Positions 8,222 through 17,387 of a DNA stretch of 64,000 nt are shown here, piece after piece (positions within the stretch are counted from its first letter, which is position 1; each line of letters starts with the position of its first letter). Where the stretch lies: contig CANGDR010000006.1 of assembly GCA_947452765.1 (NCBI GenBank), positions 1,184-65,183 on the forward strand. Reading direction: 5' to 3'. Origin of the DNA: Actinomycetota bacterium (GTDB lineage Bacteria > Actinomycetota > Actinomycetes > S36-B12 > UBA5976). The notes below the pieces were generated by a model that saw only the letters and a program-made list of their open reading frames with translations, ran no database searches and was not told where the DNA came from. A program made the position numbers and the translations under genes.

Positions 8222-9838
8222 CTAGACGCGCTCGTGAGCTTCCGAAAGAGTCGTTCGCCCAATTTCATCGTAGATTGCTGGATGTTTTGCCTTAACCCAA
8301 TAGGCGTAGAGCAAGCCAACTAGCAATGTTCCAATAATCTGGTGCGGCAGATACTTAACCATCAACGACTGGGACTGGTAGCCGGCAGCGAAGCCGGAAC
8401 CGACTGCACTAAAGAGCAAGGTAAGCGCATAAATCATGCCGCCAGCACCAACAAGTGGAGCTACGAGCGTAGTTAGCACGTTACCCTTTTGCTTCTTTTT
8501 ACCCCAGAAGTAACCGATTACTGCGAATGAACACATGACCTGTACCACAAGAACGAAAGCCGTTCCGACGAGTGAAGGCACGGTGTAGATAACGCTGTAC
8601 GGCAACAAGTTAGGGTCTGAAGTCGCACCTGCTACAGCTGGATCAGATGTCCAAGCGGTTGAGAAGGTAGTAAACAACAACACCATGATGATGTTTATGA
8701 CGGTCACGATTGAGGATGCAACCGCAGGTGATTGATGCTTTGCGCTAACTCCGCCAATCCTTGCGCGCAAATTTGCTGACGGCAGTTCGCGACCAAGTGC
8801 GAATACGTAGCGTGATGCTGCATTGTGGAATGCCATAGCGCATGCGAATGAACCAATAACTAGGAGAATTCGATACAAGTTGTAAGGCAATGTACCTAGA
8901 TTTTCCTGAACTGGAACGAGCCAGAGGTCGACTGGATTTCCAGTACTACCGGATGACACTTCAACAGTTGTCTTGGCGCCATTAGCAACTACTGCCATCC
9001 AGGAAAGGAAGGTGTAGAACAAGCCAAGGCCGATAACTGCAATAAGTGTTGCCCGTGGCACGATCTGCTTAGGGTTTTTGGATTCTTCACCGTAAACGGC
9101 TGTGGTTTCGTATCCGATCCAAGACCAGAAAGCGAAGAAGATACCTAGCGCAGCTGTGCCAGCGGCAACTGATGAACCATATGCGCCTTCAGGAAGATTC
9201 TTGAATGCTGAGCCAAGACCAACTGTGTCGTTAACCATGAAGCCATCAGGTCCACCCTTGATAAGCACCGAGATACCAAAGGCAAGAAGCAATAGAACTT
9301 CGGAGACCAGTGTCACACTGAGAACTGCAGCGGCGAGAGTGATGTCGTAATACGTAAGTATCCAAATCAAAATCATGCCAAGTAATGCAATAACTAACCA
9401 ATTAACAGTTATCCCAGCCATCGCTGTCAAAGTATTTGATGCGAAGTATGCAAAACCACCGATCAAAGTTCCCTCGAACAGGATGTAGGCGATAGTTGCA
9501 AGCAAGCCAGCAGCCATACCCCAAACCTGACCTAAACCGTGTGAGATAAAGCCATAGAACGCACCAGTCGTAGTTATGTACTTCGACATCGCAGCAAAGC
9601 CAACTGTGAAGATTGTCAGAACTATCGTTGCGAATAGGTAACCTGCTGGTACTCCGATTCCATTACCCCAACCAGCACCAACAGGAACGTTGAAGCTCAT
9701 TGCAGTAATAGGCGCTGCGTTAGCAACTGCCATAAACAGAACAGAAACCATGCCTACGGCACCCGTTCTCAGACCCGTGTGAACCACGTGATCTCCCGGA
9801 GACGCACTATCTAGGCGCGAATCATTGTTTGTCGACAT
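8222..9838 (-). CDS. APC-family amino acid/amine permease
   Basis: About 12 hydrophobic segments; GAFYGFISHGLG and FWSWIGYETTAVYGEESKNP motifs. Confidence 0.88.
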   Translation of the reverse strand: MSTNNDSRLDSASPGDHVVHTGLRTGAVGMVSVLFMAVANAAPITAMSFNVPVGAGWGNGIGVPAGYLFATIVLTIFTVGFAAMSKYITTTGAFYGFISHGLGQVWGMAAGLLATIAYILFEGTLIGGFAYFASNTLTAMAGITVNWLVIALLGMILIWILTYYDITLAAAVLSVTLVSEVLLLLAFGISVLIKGGPDGFMVNDTVGLGSAFKNLPEGAYGSSVAAGTAALGIFFAFWSWIGYETTAVYGEESKNPKQIVPRATLIAVIGLGLFYTFLSWMAVVANGAKTTVEVSSGSTGNPVDLWLVPVQENLGTLPYNLYRILLVIGSFACAMAFHNAASRYVFALGRELPSANLRARIGGVSAKHQSPAVASSIVTVINIIMVLLFTTFSTAWTSDPAVAGATSDPNLLPYSVIYTVPSLVGTAFVLVVQVMCSFAVIGYFWGKKKQKGNVLTTLVAPLVGAGGMIYALTLLFSAVGSGFAAGYQSQSLMVKYLPHQIIGTLLVGLLYAYWVKAKHPAIYDEIGRTTLSEAHERV

Positions 9839-10194
9839 TCGTACGACCCTTTCGTTTTAACGTCGAGGAGCTCCCGACATTGCTCACTTGCGGTGACGTC
9901 AGTCACACGTTTGGTACGACTTTGCCAGAAACGCAACAGCAAAACAATGAAATTGGGAGAGTTTTCCAGTGTTTTTTGGTCAAGAGAATATTGAATTTGG
10001 TCTAAAAAATCATAGTGAAGCAGACAAAATAGACATACTTGCCAGTAAAACTAAGGTTTTATGGGGATTTAGTTGATAAACCAAAGTTCAACCAAAAGTT
10101 GCTAAAAGGTATGGTCTTTTGGTCTAATTCTATGTAATCATTTGTTTAGGTGAGCTGTGAATGCAGATGCCAGGCGATAACGAAAGGTTTCGGG
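9839..10194. promoter_or_regulatory. Divergent promoter region with repeated TTTGGT(C) candidate operator half-sites
   Basis: AT-rich 356-bp gap between two divergent operons; TTTGGT at 9910, 9975, 9996 and 10118, and its complement ACCAAA at 10080 and 10091. Confidence 0.55.
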
Positions 10195-11502
10195 ATGACC
10201 CAAGAACACGTTGCTGCACCCGAATTTGATTATGGACTCTTTTCATATGACTCCAAAGAGCAAATGCTTGATAAGTCAAAAGAGTTTTGGAATCCAGGTA
10301 AAACGCAATTCTGGATTGATTCTGGCGTTCCACTTGTAATTGATCGCCGCGAAGAATACTTCATTTATGACATGTCAGGTAAACGCCTGATTGATGCGCA
10401 CCTAAATGGCGGAACTTACAACTTAGGTCACCGCAATCCTGAAGTAGTGCAAGCCGTGACCATGGCAATGCAGCATTTTGATATTGGTAATCACCATTTC
10501 CCCTCACTTGCCCGAACTGCATTAGCGGAAGCTTTGATTAAAACTGCGCCAGCTGGCCTAAGCAAAGTTATCTATGGCTCTGGTGGTGGAGAGGCAATTG
10601 ACATCGCACTTAAGACTGCACGTCATGCAACGCAAAAGCGGAAAATTGTTTCAATTATTAAGGCATATCACGGACACACTGGACTTGCAGTTGGCACTGG
10701 CGATGATCGATTCTCGAAACTTTTCCTTTCAGATCGACCAGAAGAATTTCCGCATGTACCGTTTAATGACCTAGAAGCAATGGAAGATGCATTACGGGGA
10801 CGCGATGTAGCGGCAGTAATTATGGAAACTATTCCAGCCACATATGGATTCCCACTTCCTAACCCAGGATATTTAGAGGCCGTAAAAGTACTTTGCGAGA
10901 AATATGATGCGCTGTACATTGCTGACGAAGTTCAAACCGGCTTAATGCGCACCGGAGAACTTTGGGGAATTACCAAGCACGGAATAACTCCAGACATTCT
11001 TGTCACAGGCAAGGGAATCTCTGGCGGCTTGTATCCAATTGCAGCAGTGCTTGCAACCGAGAAAGCTGCCGGCTGGTTAAACGAAGATGGCTTTGGGCAC
11101 ATCTCAACTTTTGGCGGCGCTGAACTCGGCTGTATTGCCGCACTTAAGACTTTAGAAATTTGCTCCCGTGAAGAAACCCGGTCGATGGTGCATTACATTG
11201 CTGACTACGTTGGTAAGCGGCTTGCCGAAGTTCAAGCAACATATCCTGATTGGTTTGTTGGCATCCGGCAAAACGGCGTAATTCTAGGTTTGGAATTTGC
11301 TCACCCACAAGGTGCAAAGTATGTGATGCGCCACTTATACGAGAACGGCGTGTGGGCAATTTTCTCCACGCTTGATCCGCGGGTACTGCAATACAAGCCA
11401 GGAATTTTACTTAAGCCAGAAGTAGCCGAAGAGATGCTGGATCGCACCGAGCTTGCAATTGGAAAAGCATATGCCGAAATCCGCAACGAGCGGAGATCAT
11501 GA
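10195..11502 (+). CDS. Class-III PLP aminotransferase-like enzyme (probable amino-alcohol-phosphate phospho-lyase of RMM BMC)
   Basis: SGGGEAID, AYHGHT, IADEVQTGLMRTG, GKGISGG (PLP Lys); ATG 10195 after GAAAGG RBS; first gene of the BMC operon. Confidence 0.85.
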   Translation: MTQEHVAAPEFDYGLFSYDSKEQMLDKSKEFWNPGKTQFWIDSGVPLVIDRREEYFIYDMSGKRLIDAHLNGGTYNLGHRNPEVVQAVTMAMQHFDIGNHHFPSLARTALAEALIKTAPAGLSKVIYGSGGGEAIDIALKTARHATQKRKIVSIIKAYHGHTGLAVGTGDDRFSKLFLSDRPEEFPHVPFNDLEAMEDALRGRDVAAVIMETIPATYGFPLPNPGYLEAVKVLCEKYDALYIADEVQTGLMRTGELWGITKHGITPDILVTGKGISGGLYPIAAVLATEKAAGWLNEDGFGHISTFGGAELGCIAALKTLEICSREETRSMVHYIADYVGKRLAEVQATYPDWFVGIRQNGVILGLEFAHPQGAKYVMRHLYENGVWAIFSTLDPRVLQYKPGILLKPEVAEEMLDRTELAIGKAYAEIRNERRS

Positions 11503-13073
11503 TGAGCGAGATGACTTACGAACCGTTGATGGTTGAACCAGCAGGTGTGCCGCGTGGTCGGGCAATGATAGAGCGGGCCGATTGGGCTGCTCGTGCTTAT
11601 GCGAAGTACGACGTTGCAACTGTAAATCGAATCGTTGATGCCGCAGCGTCCGCCCTGGCAGCCAGGGCACAAGAGTTCGCACGCGATGCCGTAGCCGAAA
11701 CTGGCTTTGGTGTAGTTGAACATAAAGTTCTAAAAAATGTAGCTTGCTCCACTGGAATCGTCGATGCTTATCGCGGTCAAGATTTTGTTTCGCCTGAAAT
11801 TGATGACGTAAATAAAATTGTGGCCATTCCTAGGCCAGCCGGCGTAGTCCTGGCATTAACACCATCGACTAACCCCGTAGCTACCGTTTCGTTCAAGATT
11901 ATTTTGGCCTTGATGACTCGAAACGCAATCATTATCAGCCCGCACCCGATGGCTAAGAAGGTATGCTCAGCAGCCGCCAAGGCAATGGCAGAAGCGGCAG
12001 TGGCTGCCGGTGCCCCAGATGGAATCATTCAAATTGTGGAGGATCCTTCGATCCCACTGATAAATGCCCTCATGACAGATGAACGAACCGATGTGATTGT
12101 GGCTACTGGTGGCAGTCCGGTTGTTCGGTCGGCATACCGAAGTGGCAATCCCGCTATTGGCGTTGGTCCGGGCAATGTTCCCGTACTCGTTGACTCAACC
12201 GCCGATATTCAAAAGACGGCCGCTCGAATTATTGAGAGCAAAGCATTCGATAACTCAATTTTATGCACGAACGAAAGTGTCGTAATCGCAGAAGAAGCGA
12301 TTGCAGATAAGTTGCTTTCGGCTTTCGCCCGTGAAGGTGCCTATGTTCTAAAAGATGAAGAGCGCGACGCAATTCGTAACACGGTATTTCCAGAAGGTCA
12401 TTTCAACATCAAGATGGTTGGTAAAGATGCGGTTTGGATTGCAGAGCAAGCCGGCCTAAAAGTTCCAGCAAAAACAAGAGTCTTAGTTGCACCGTTTGAC
12501 TTAGTAGTTCCGGAAGAACCATTTGCACATGAAAAGTTGTGTCCGGTCCTTGGATTTGTTCGAGTTCCAACTGCAGAGCGCGGCATTGATATTGCGCGCG
12601 CCATTTTGCGAATCACCGGAGCGGGACATTCGGCTGCAATTCATAGTGCAAATCCAGATCTCATTATGAAATTTAGTGCTGCTGTCCCAGTGCTTCGGGT
12701 TTCAGTAAATGTTGGAAATAGTCTTGGTGCTTCAGGAATCCAAACGAACTTGCCAACAACTATGACCATCGGCACTGGATTTGCTGGTCGCTCTTCGGTC
12801 GGTGAAAATCTGCAACCAAAGCACCTTATTAACTACACCCGGTTGGCGTATAACTCCGATGTACGCGAAGTCATGCCAGCATTTGCTGGTTTGAATCCCT
12901 GGGTTGCACCGGCTGGTCCGGTCCCTGCCTACCCAACGGCATCAAATGATCGCAATAACGCTCAAGTGCCTGCGCCGATTCATCGTGAACCAATTTCCCA
13001 AGATGTTGCGGAATTGCGAGATGAAATTCGCAAATTGATTGTCGAAGAACTTCACGCATTGATTAAGAACTAA
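11499..13073 (+). CDS. BMC-associated acylating aldehyde dehydrogenase with C-terminal encapsulation peptide
   Basis: PSTNP, ATGG, GVGPGNVP, FDNSILCTNE, HEKLCPVL; Pro-rich linker then amphipathic helix ELRDEIRKLIVEELHALIK. Confidence 0.9.
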   Translation: MMSEMTYEPLMVEPAGVPRGRAMIERADWAARAYAKYDVATVNRIVDAAASALAARAQEFARDAVAETGFGVVEHKVLKNVACSTGIVDAYRGQDFVSPEIDDVNKIVAIPRPAGVVLALTPSTNPVATVSFKIILALMTRNAIIISPHPMAKKVCSAAAKAMAEAAVAAGAPDGIIQIVEDPSIPLINALMTDERTDVIVATGGSPVVRSAYRSGNPAIGVGPGNVPVLVDSTADIQKTAARIIESKAFDNSILCTNESVVIAEEAIADKLLSAFAREGAYVLKDEERDAIRNTVFPEGHFNIKMVGKDAVWIAEQAGLKVPAKTRVLVAPFDLVVPEEPFAHEKLCPVLGFVRVPTAERGIDIARAILRITGAGHSAAIHSANPDLIMKFSAAVPVLRVSVNVGNSLGASGIQTNLPTTMTIGTGFAGRSSVGENLQPKHLINYTRLAYNSDVREVMPAFAGLNPWVAPAGPVPAYPTASNDRNNAQVPAPIHREPISQDVAELRDEIRKLIVEELHALIKN

Positions 13074-13090
13074 TTAGAGAAGAGAGATAC

Positions 13091-13690
13091 ATGGCAGAGC
13101 TACGGTCGTTCATCTATATCGACCAGATGCAACCTCAAACTATGTGCTACCTAGGTACATGGGTTAAGGGCGCTTTGCCTCGAGCAAATATGGCTGCACA
13201 AGTCATCGAAGTCGCACCTGGCTTAGATATTGAAGCGTTAACAGATGTGGCACTTAAACACGCAAATGTTCAGGCTGGAATCCTGTTCGTGGAACGCACG
13301 TTTGGCTACTTAGAAATACACGGGCCCACTGAAGAAGTGCGGGCAGCAGGTCAGGCAGTACTTGCAGCGCTCGGAACATCTGAGGCGGAAGCGACTAAGC
13401 CTAAAATCTTGGCTTCTCGAGTTGTACCTTCGATTGATCAGCAACATGCATTCTTGATCAATCGCAACAAGGTCGGCTCGATGATCCTCCCTGGTGAATC
13501 TTTGTACATACTCGAAGTTCAGCCAGCTTCGTATGCAATCTTGGCAACCAACGAAGCGGAAAAGGCAACTGACATTAAAGTTGTCGACTATCGCATGATT
13601 GGCGCAACCGGCCGCGTATATCTATCCGGCAAAGAAGCAAATGTTCGAGCAGCAGCAGAAGTTGCTGAACGAGTTTTGAGTGAGCGCTGA
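13091..13690 (+). CDS. BMC shell protein, tandem-domain BMC-T
   Basis: ELRSFIYID..Q, IEVAPGL, VERTFGYLE, LINRN, ATNEAEKA, GATGRVYLSG. Confidence 0.92.
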   Translation: MAELRSFIYIDQMQPQTMCYLGTWVKGALPRANMAAQVIEVAPGLDIEALTDVALKHANVQAGILFVERTFGYLEIHGPTEEVRAAGQAVLAALGTSEAEATKPKILASRVVPSIDQQHAFLINRNKVGSMILPGESLYILEVQPASYAILATNEAEKATDIKVVDYRMIGATGRVYLSGKEANVRAAAEVAERVLSER

Positions 13691-14178
13691 TGGCTACAGA
13701 TAACGAAATGCTACGCGCGCTTGTGCGTGAAGCGCTGCGTGATGCTCTTGGTGGCGCAAGCGGTGCTAGCGAAATTGCTAAAGCATTGTCTGGAAACGCA
13801 ACACCCGTTCAAAAGCAGGTGCAAGTTGTAGAGATGGTTTCCTTGGCAACGGATGCGCAAGTGCAATCTTTTGTACATCGCATTCTTGACCTAGCGGCCG
13901 ATGAAAAAACTTTGAGCGCATTACGCCAGGGTGAAATCGTTTTTCAATTGTCTGACCAAGCTAAAGCTAATGCTGCTGACAATTCTGGAACCACTCGCGT
14001 AGACAAGGGTGCTGTTACCGAGTCAACCATTAGAAAAGCCGCCGAATCAGGATCAACATTGATCGTAGGGCGCAAAGTTGTCGTCACATCATTAGCGCGA
14101 GATAAAGCTCGCGATTTAGGTGTGACGATCATTAAGGAAAGTCAACAAGATAATCAGAAGGGATCGGTGATGCGCTGA
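13690..14178 (+). CDS. BMC-associated hypothetical protein with N-terminal encapsulation-peptide-like helix
   Basis: NEMLRALVREALRDALG helix; translationally coupled between shell genes. Confidence 0.7.
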   Translation: MATDNEMLRALVREALRDALGGASGASEIAKALSGNATPVQKQVQVVEMVSLATDAQVQSFVHRILDLAADEKTLSALRQGEIVFQLSDQAKANAADNSGTTRVDKGAVTESTIRKAAESGSTLIVGRKVVVTSLARDKARDLGVTIIKESQQDNQKGSVMR

Positions 14179-14447
14179 TGTTAAAAGCGCGAGTCATCGG
14201 CAATGTATGGGCGACCCGTCGTCTAACCGAGATTCCCCATGGGGCGTTTCTCGAGGTCGAAGTTGAAGGTGGCGCACACTTGGTTGCTTTCGACGTATTG
14301 GGTTCCGGAATTGGGGAAAGCGTTTTAGTTTCAACTGGCTCGGTAGCAGCAGCTTGGTTCTCAGACGTAACACCACCAATTGATGCTCTCATCATCGGTT
14401 CGATTGATGAGGACTCTAAGAGTTCTGGGAAGCACAGCGCTTCTTAG
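14178..14447 (+). CDS. BMC vertex pentamer (BMC-P, EutN/CcmL family)
   Basis: ARVIGNVWAT...VAFDVLGSGIGESVLV..GS.A...PIDALIIGSID. Confidence 0.93.
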   Translation: MLKARVIGNVWATRRLTEIPHGAFLEVEVEGGAHLVAFDVLGSGIGESVLVSTGSVAAAWFSDVTPPIDALIIGSIDEDSKSSGKHSAS

Positions 14448-14530
14448 TACACCGCCTGGGAAACCAGGTAAGTAAGACCGAATAAACCGAAAGCAAACAA
14501 CCGTTTGCAATCACAAATAGGAGAAAGAAT

Positions 14531-14815
14531 ATGTCAAGCAACGCACTGGGCTTGATCGAGACTAAGGGATATGTTGCAGCCGTTGCTGCCGCAGATGCCA
14601 TGGTTAAGGCAGCCAATGTAACTATTGTTGCGCGTGAAGAAGTTGGCGACGGTCTTGTAACTGTAGTCATCGTGGGTGATGTCGGCGCAGTTAAGGCTGC
14701 AACTGACGCAGGTGCCGAAGCAGTTAACCAAGTTGGCGAACTAGTTTCACAGCACGTGATTCCACGTCCACACGCAGAACTAAGTAAGTACTTCAAGGTA
14801 GGCGAGTCCGCGTGA
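14531..14815 (+). CDS. BMC shell hexamer (BMC-H)
   Basis: ALGLIETKG...[11 protein letters not shown]...GDVGAVKAA...HVIPRPH. Confidence 0.97.
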   Translation: MSSNALGLIETKGYVAAVAAADAMVKAANVTIVAREEVGDGLVTVVIVGDVGAVKAATDAGAEAVNQVGELVSQHVIPRPHAELSKYFKVGESA

Positions 14816-15468
14816 GTGCGGGCCCACTCGTAGCGGGGCCCGAACTACGCGTCTACTTACTTGTTGAAGAGCTCCAGCAGCAATTTGCTGCATACATGGG
14901 CACGCCGACGCGGGCTCGGGGTTATCCGCCTTATGGTGGTCAACACTCGTTGATCATTGAGGTGGCACCCGGGCTTGCGATCGAGCGAGTAATTGATTTG
15001 GCGCTGAAGTCGGTTCCTGAAGTTGAGCCCGGCATCTTGTTCGTGGAACGGCAGTTTGGTGTGTTAGAAGTTCATGCTTCTGATATCGAATTGGTCAAAC
15101 GGGCTGGTCAAGCGATCCTTGATGGCATTAATGCATCGGCAGCTGACCAACTACGCCCACGGATTCTTTACAGCGACATCATCGAGAACATCACGGATCA
15201 ACATGCCATAATTCTCAACCGCAATCGCCAAGCATCTATGGTGATGCCCGGTGAGTCGCTATTGGTTTATGAAATGACTCCGGCATTGTTTGCGACAGTG
15301 GCTGCAAATGAAGCGGAGAAAGTCGCCCCAGATGTGACATTAGTTGACGTTCAAATGATTGGCGCCGCGGGACGTGTCTATATGAGCGGTTCTACCGCAA
15401 GGGTTACGTTAGCTCGCGATGCAATTACTAAGGCTCTCGAGTCTGTGGTTGGCCGCGAGCAAGGTTAA
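14812..15468 (+). CDS. BMC shell protein, second BMC-T
   Basis: [49 protein letters not shown]; paralogous to 13091..13690. Confidence 0.92.
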   Translation: MSAGPLVAGPELRVYLLVEELQQQFAAYMGTPTRARGYPPYGGQHSLIIEVAPGLAIERVIDLALKSVPEVEPGILFVERQFGVLEVHASDIELVKRAGQAILDGINASAADQLRPRILYSDIIENITDQHAIILNRNRQASMVMPGESLLVYEMTPALFATVAANEAEKVAPDVTLVDVQMIGAAGRVYMSGSTARVTLARDAITKALESVVGREQG

Positions 15469-15542
15469 ACATTTTTCTTCCCCAAAAGTGACAAAACCGA
15501 TTGGCAAGTAAGCCAAAATAAGGGTGTTAGTAGGAGAGTTAA

Positions 15543-16532
15543 ATGAGTGGGTATTCAAACGAACCTACAAAGTTGCATGAGTTCGCGGTGGATGCTGTCG
15601 CGAAGTTCGGGTATCCACAAGATTCCGAGATTTCGCTACTCAACCTGTCGGAAAATGCAACTTTTAAGGTAACCGATCGGAACTCTGGCCTTGATACGAT
15701 CCTTCGAATTCATCGTCCGCAATATCACACCAAAGAAGCGATCCAAAGTGAACTCGACTGGGTTCAATCATTGCGCGAAATTCAATTAGTTAGAACTCCG
15801 GCTATTTTGCCGGCTGGTTCTGGTGAGCAAATTATTCTCGCAAAAGATTCGACCGGTGAAGAGCGACATGCTGTGATGTTTGAATTTATGCCCGGAGTTG
15901 AACCCACCGAAGATCGCATGGTTGATGATTTCAAAACTTTAGGCGCCATAACCGCACGACTCCATGATCAATCAAAGCAATGGAAACGTCCAAGTAATTT
16001 CTTTAGATTTACTTGGGACCATGAGACTGCGCTAGGCCCGAATGGTCACTGGGGATCTTGGCGCGATGGACTTGCCATGGGGCCAACTGAACTTGAAATA
16101 CTTGGCAAACTGTCTGACACACTCAAATCTCGATTAGAACGCTATGGCAAGAGTGAAGATCGATTTGGGTTGGTACATGCAGACATGCGGTTAGCTAATT
16201 TATTAGTTGCAGGCAGCGACGTAACAGTTATCGATTTTGACGACTGCGGATTTAGCTGGTTTATGTATGACCTTGGGTCGTCCGTTTCGTTTATCGAGGA
16301 TCACCCACTGATACCCGATATGACTGCGTCCTGGGTCGATGGCTATCGAAGCGTTGCCACCTTGAGCAAAGAAGAGGAAGCGGAACTTCCAACTTTCATA
16401 ATGTTTCGTCGGCTACTTCTTGTGTCTTGGGTAGGGACACATCAAGATACCGAGACCGGCAAGGAAATGGGCACAAATTTCACGAAAGTAAGTTGTGAAT
16501 TAGCGGAAAACTACCTATCCAAGTTCGCATAA
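15543..16532 (+). CDS. APH/choline-kinase-fold phosphotransferase (probable aminopropanol kinase)
   Basis: SENATF, LRIHRP, HADMRLANLL, IDFDDCG; conserved position in RMM loci. Confidence 0.85.
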   Translation: MSGYSNEPTKLHEFAVDAVAKFGYPQDSEISLLNLSENATFKVTDRNSGLDTILRIHRPQYHTKEAIQSELDWVQSLREIQLVRTPAILPAGSGEQIILAKDSTGEERHAVMFEFMPGVEPTEDRMVDDFKTLGAITARLHDQSKQWKRPSNFFRFTWDHETALGPNGHWGSWRDGLAMGPTELEILGKLSDTLKSRLERYGKSEDRFGLVHADMRLANLLVAGSDVTVIDFDDCGFSWFMYDLGSSVSFIEDHPLIPDMTASWVDGYRSVATLSKEEEAELPTFIMFRRLLLVSWVGTHQDTETGKEMGTNFTKVSCELAENYLSKFA

Positions 16533-16580
16533 TCAGAGATACTTTTCGGTAACTCGAATAATCGTAAATTGGGAGTACAA

Positions 16581-17363
16581 ATGTTTACATCAGTAGCTGG
16601 ATACTCAGTAATTGTTACTGGCGGCACCAAAGGAATTGGCAAAGGCATTGCCAGAGTTTTTGCTAAAGCTGGGGCAAATGTTCTTATCACGGGTCGAGAC
16701 GAAGTAAGTGCAAAAGCAGCCTGCGCAGAACTAACTGCTTTGGGTGGCGGCACCGTGACTTATTTGCTTGCTGAAGTTAGTAGCAAATCTGACTGTGATC
16801 GTGTTGCAGCGACTGCAATCGAGCGCAATGGTGGAATTGACGTACTTTGCGCCAACGCAGGAATTTTCCCAGACTCAAAATTGGCAACTATGTCGGAAGC
16901 TGACATGGACTTAGTCTTCGGTACCAATGTGAAAGGAACCATGCTTTCAGTTCAAGCTTGCCTACCAGCCTTGGAAAAATCTGGGCATGGCCGAATTGTT
17001 CTTACTTCATCGATCACTGGCCCAATCACAGGATTCCCAGGGTGGTCCCATTACGGAGCTAGTAAAGCAGCGCAACTTGGTTTTATGCGAACAGCTGCAA
17101 TTGAATTAGCTCCAAAAGGAATAACAGTCAACGCGGTGTTGCCAGGAAATATTGCGACTGAAGGCTTAGCTGATATGGGTCCTGAGTATCGAAAAGCAAT
17201 GGAAGCATCAGTTCCGCAAGGTCGTCTCGGCGTAGTTGAAGATATTGGTAACGCAGCACTCTTTTTTGCAACAGCAGAGGCGGCTTATGTTACGGGCCAA
17301 GCGCTAGTCATCGATGGTGGCCAGATTTTGCCAGAATCACTTGCAGCACTCGAAGCAATGTAG
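16581..17363 (+). CDS. Short-chain dehydrogenase (probable 1-amino-2-propanol dehydrogenase / aminoacetone reductase)
   Basis: [35 protein letters not shown]; ATG after GGGAG RBS. Confidence 0.85.
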   Translation: MFTSVAGYSVIVTGGTKGIGKGIARVFAKAGANVLITGRDEVSAKAACAELTALGGGTVTYLLAEVSSKSDCDRVAATAIERNGGIDVLCANAGIFPDSKLATMSEADMDLVFGTNVKGTMLSVQACLPALEKSGHGRIVLTSSITGPITGFPGWSHYGASKAAQLGFMRTAAIELAPKGITVNAVLPGNIATEGLADMGPEYRKAMEASVPQGRLGVVEDIGNAALFFATAEAAYVTGQALVIDGGQILPESLAALEAM

Positions 17364-17387
17364 CAAGTACGCAGTTACTGTTGTTCT

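Noticed and set aside
9839-10194. Possible cobalamin riboswitch upstream of the B12 dehydratase operon (also checked 33733-33836)
   Set aside because: No B12-box or conserved riboswitch core visible; an Rfam/Infernal scan would be decisive
13091-15468. Interpreting the BMC as a carboxysome or a classical Pdu/Eut compartment
   Set aside because: No RuBisCO, ethanolamine ammonia-lyase, PduL or PduQ; gene set and order match the RMM/aminoacetone type
16581-17363. Annotating the SDR as fatty-acid FabG
   Set aside because: BMC context and the [16 protein letters not shown] motif fit the RMM amino-alcohol dehydrogenase better
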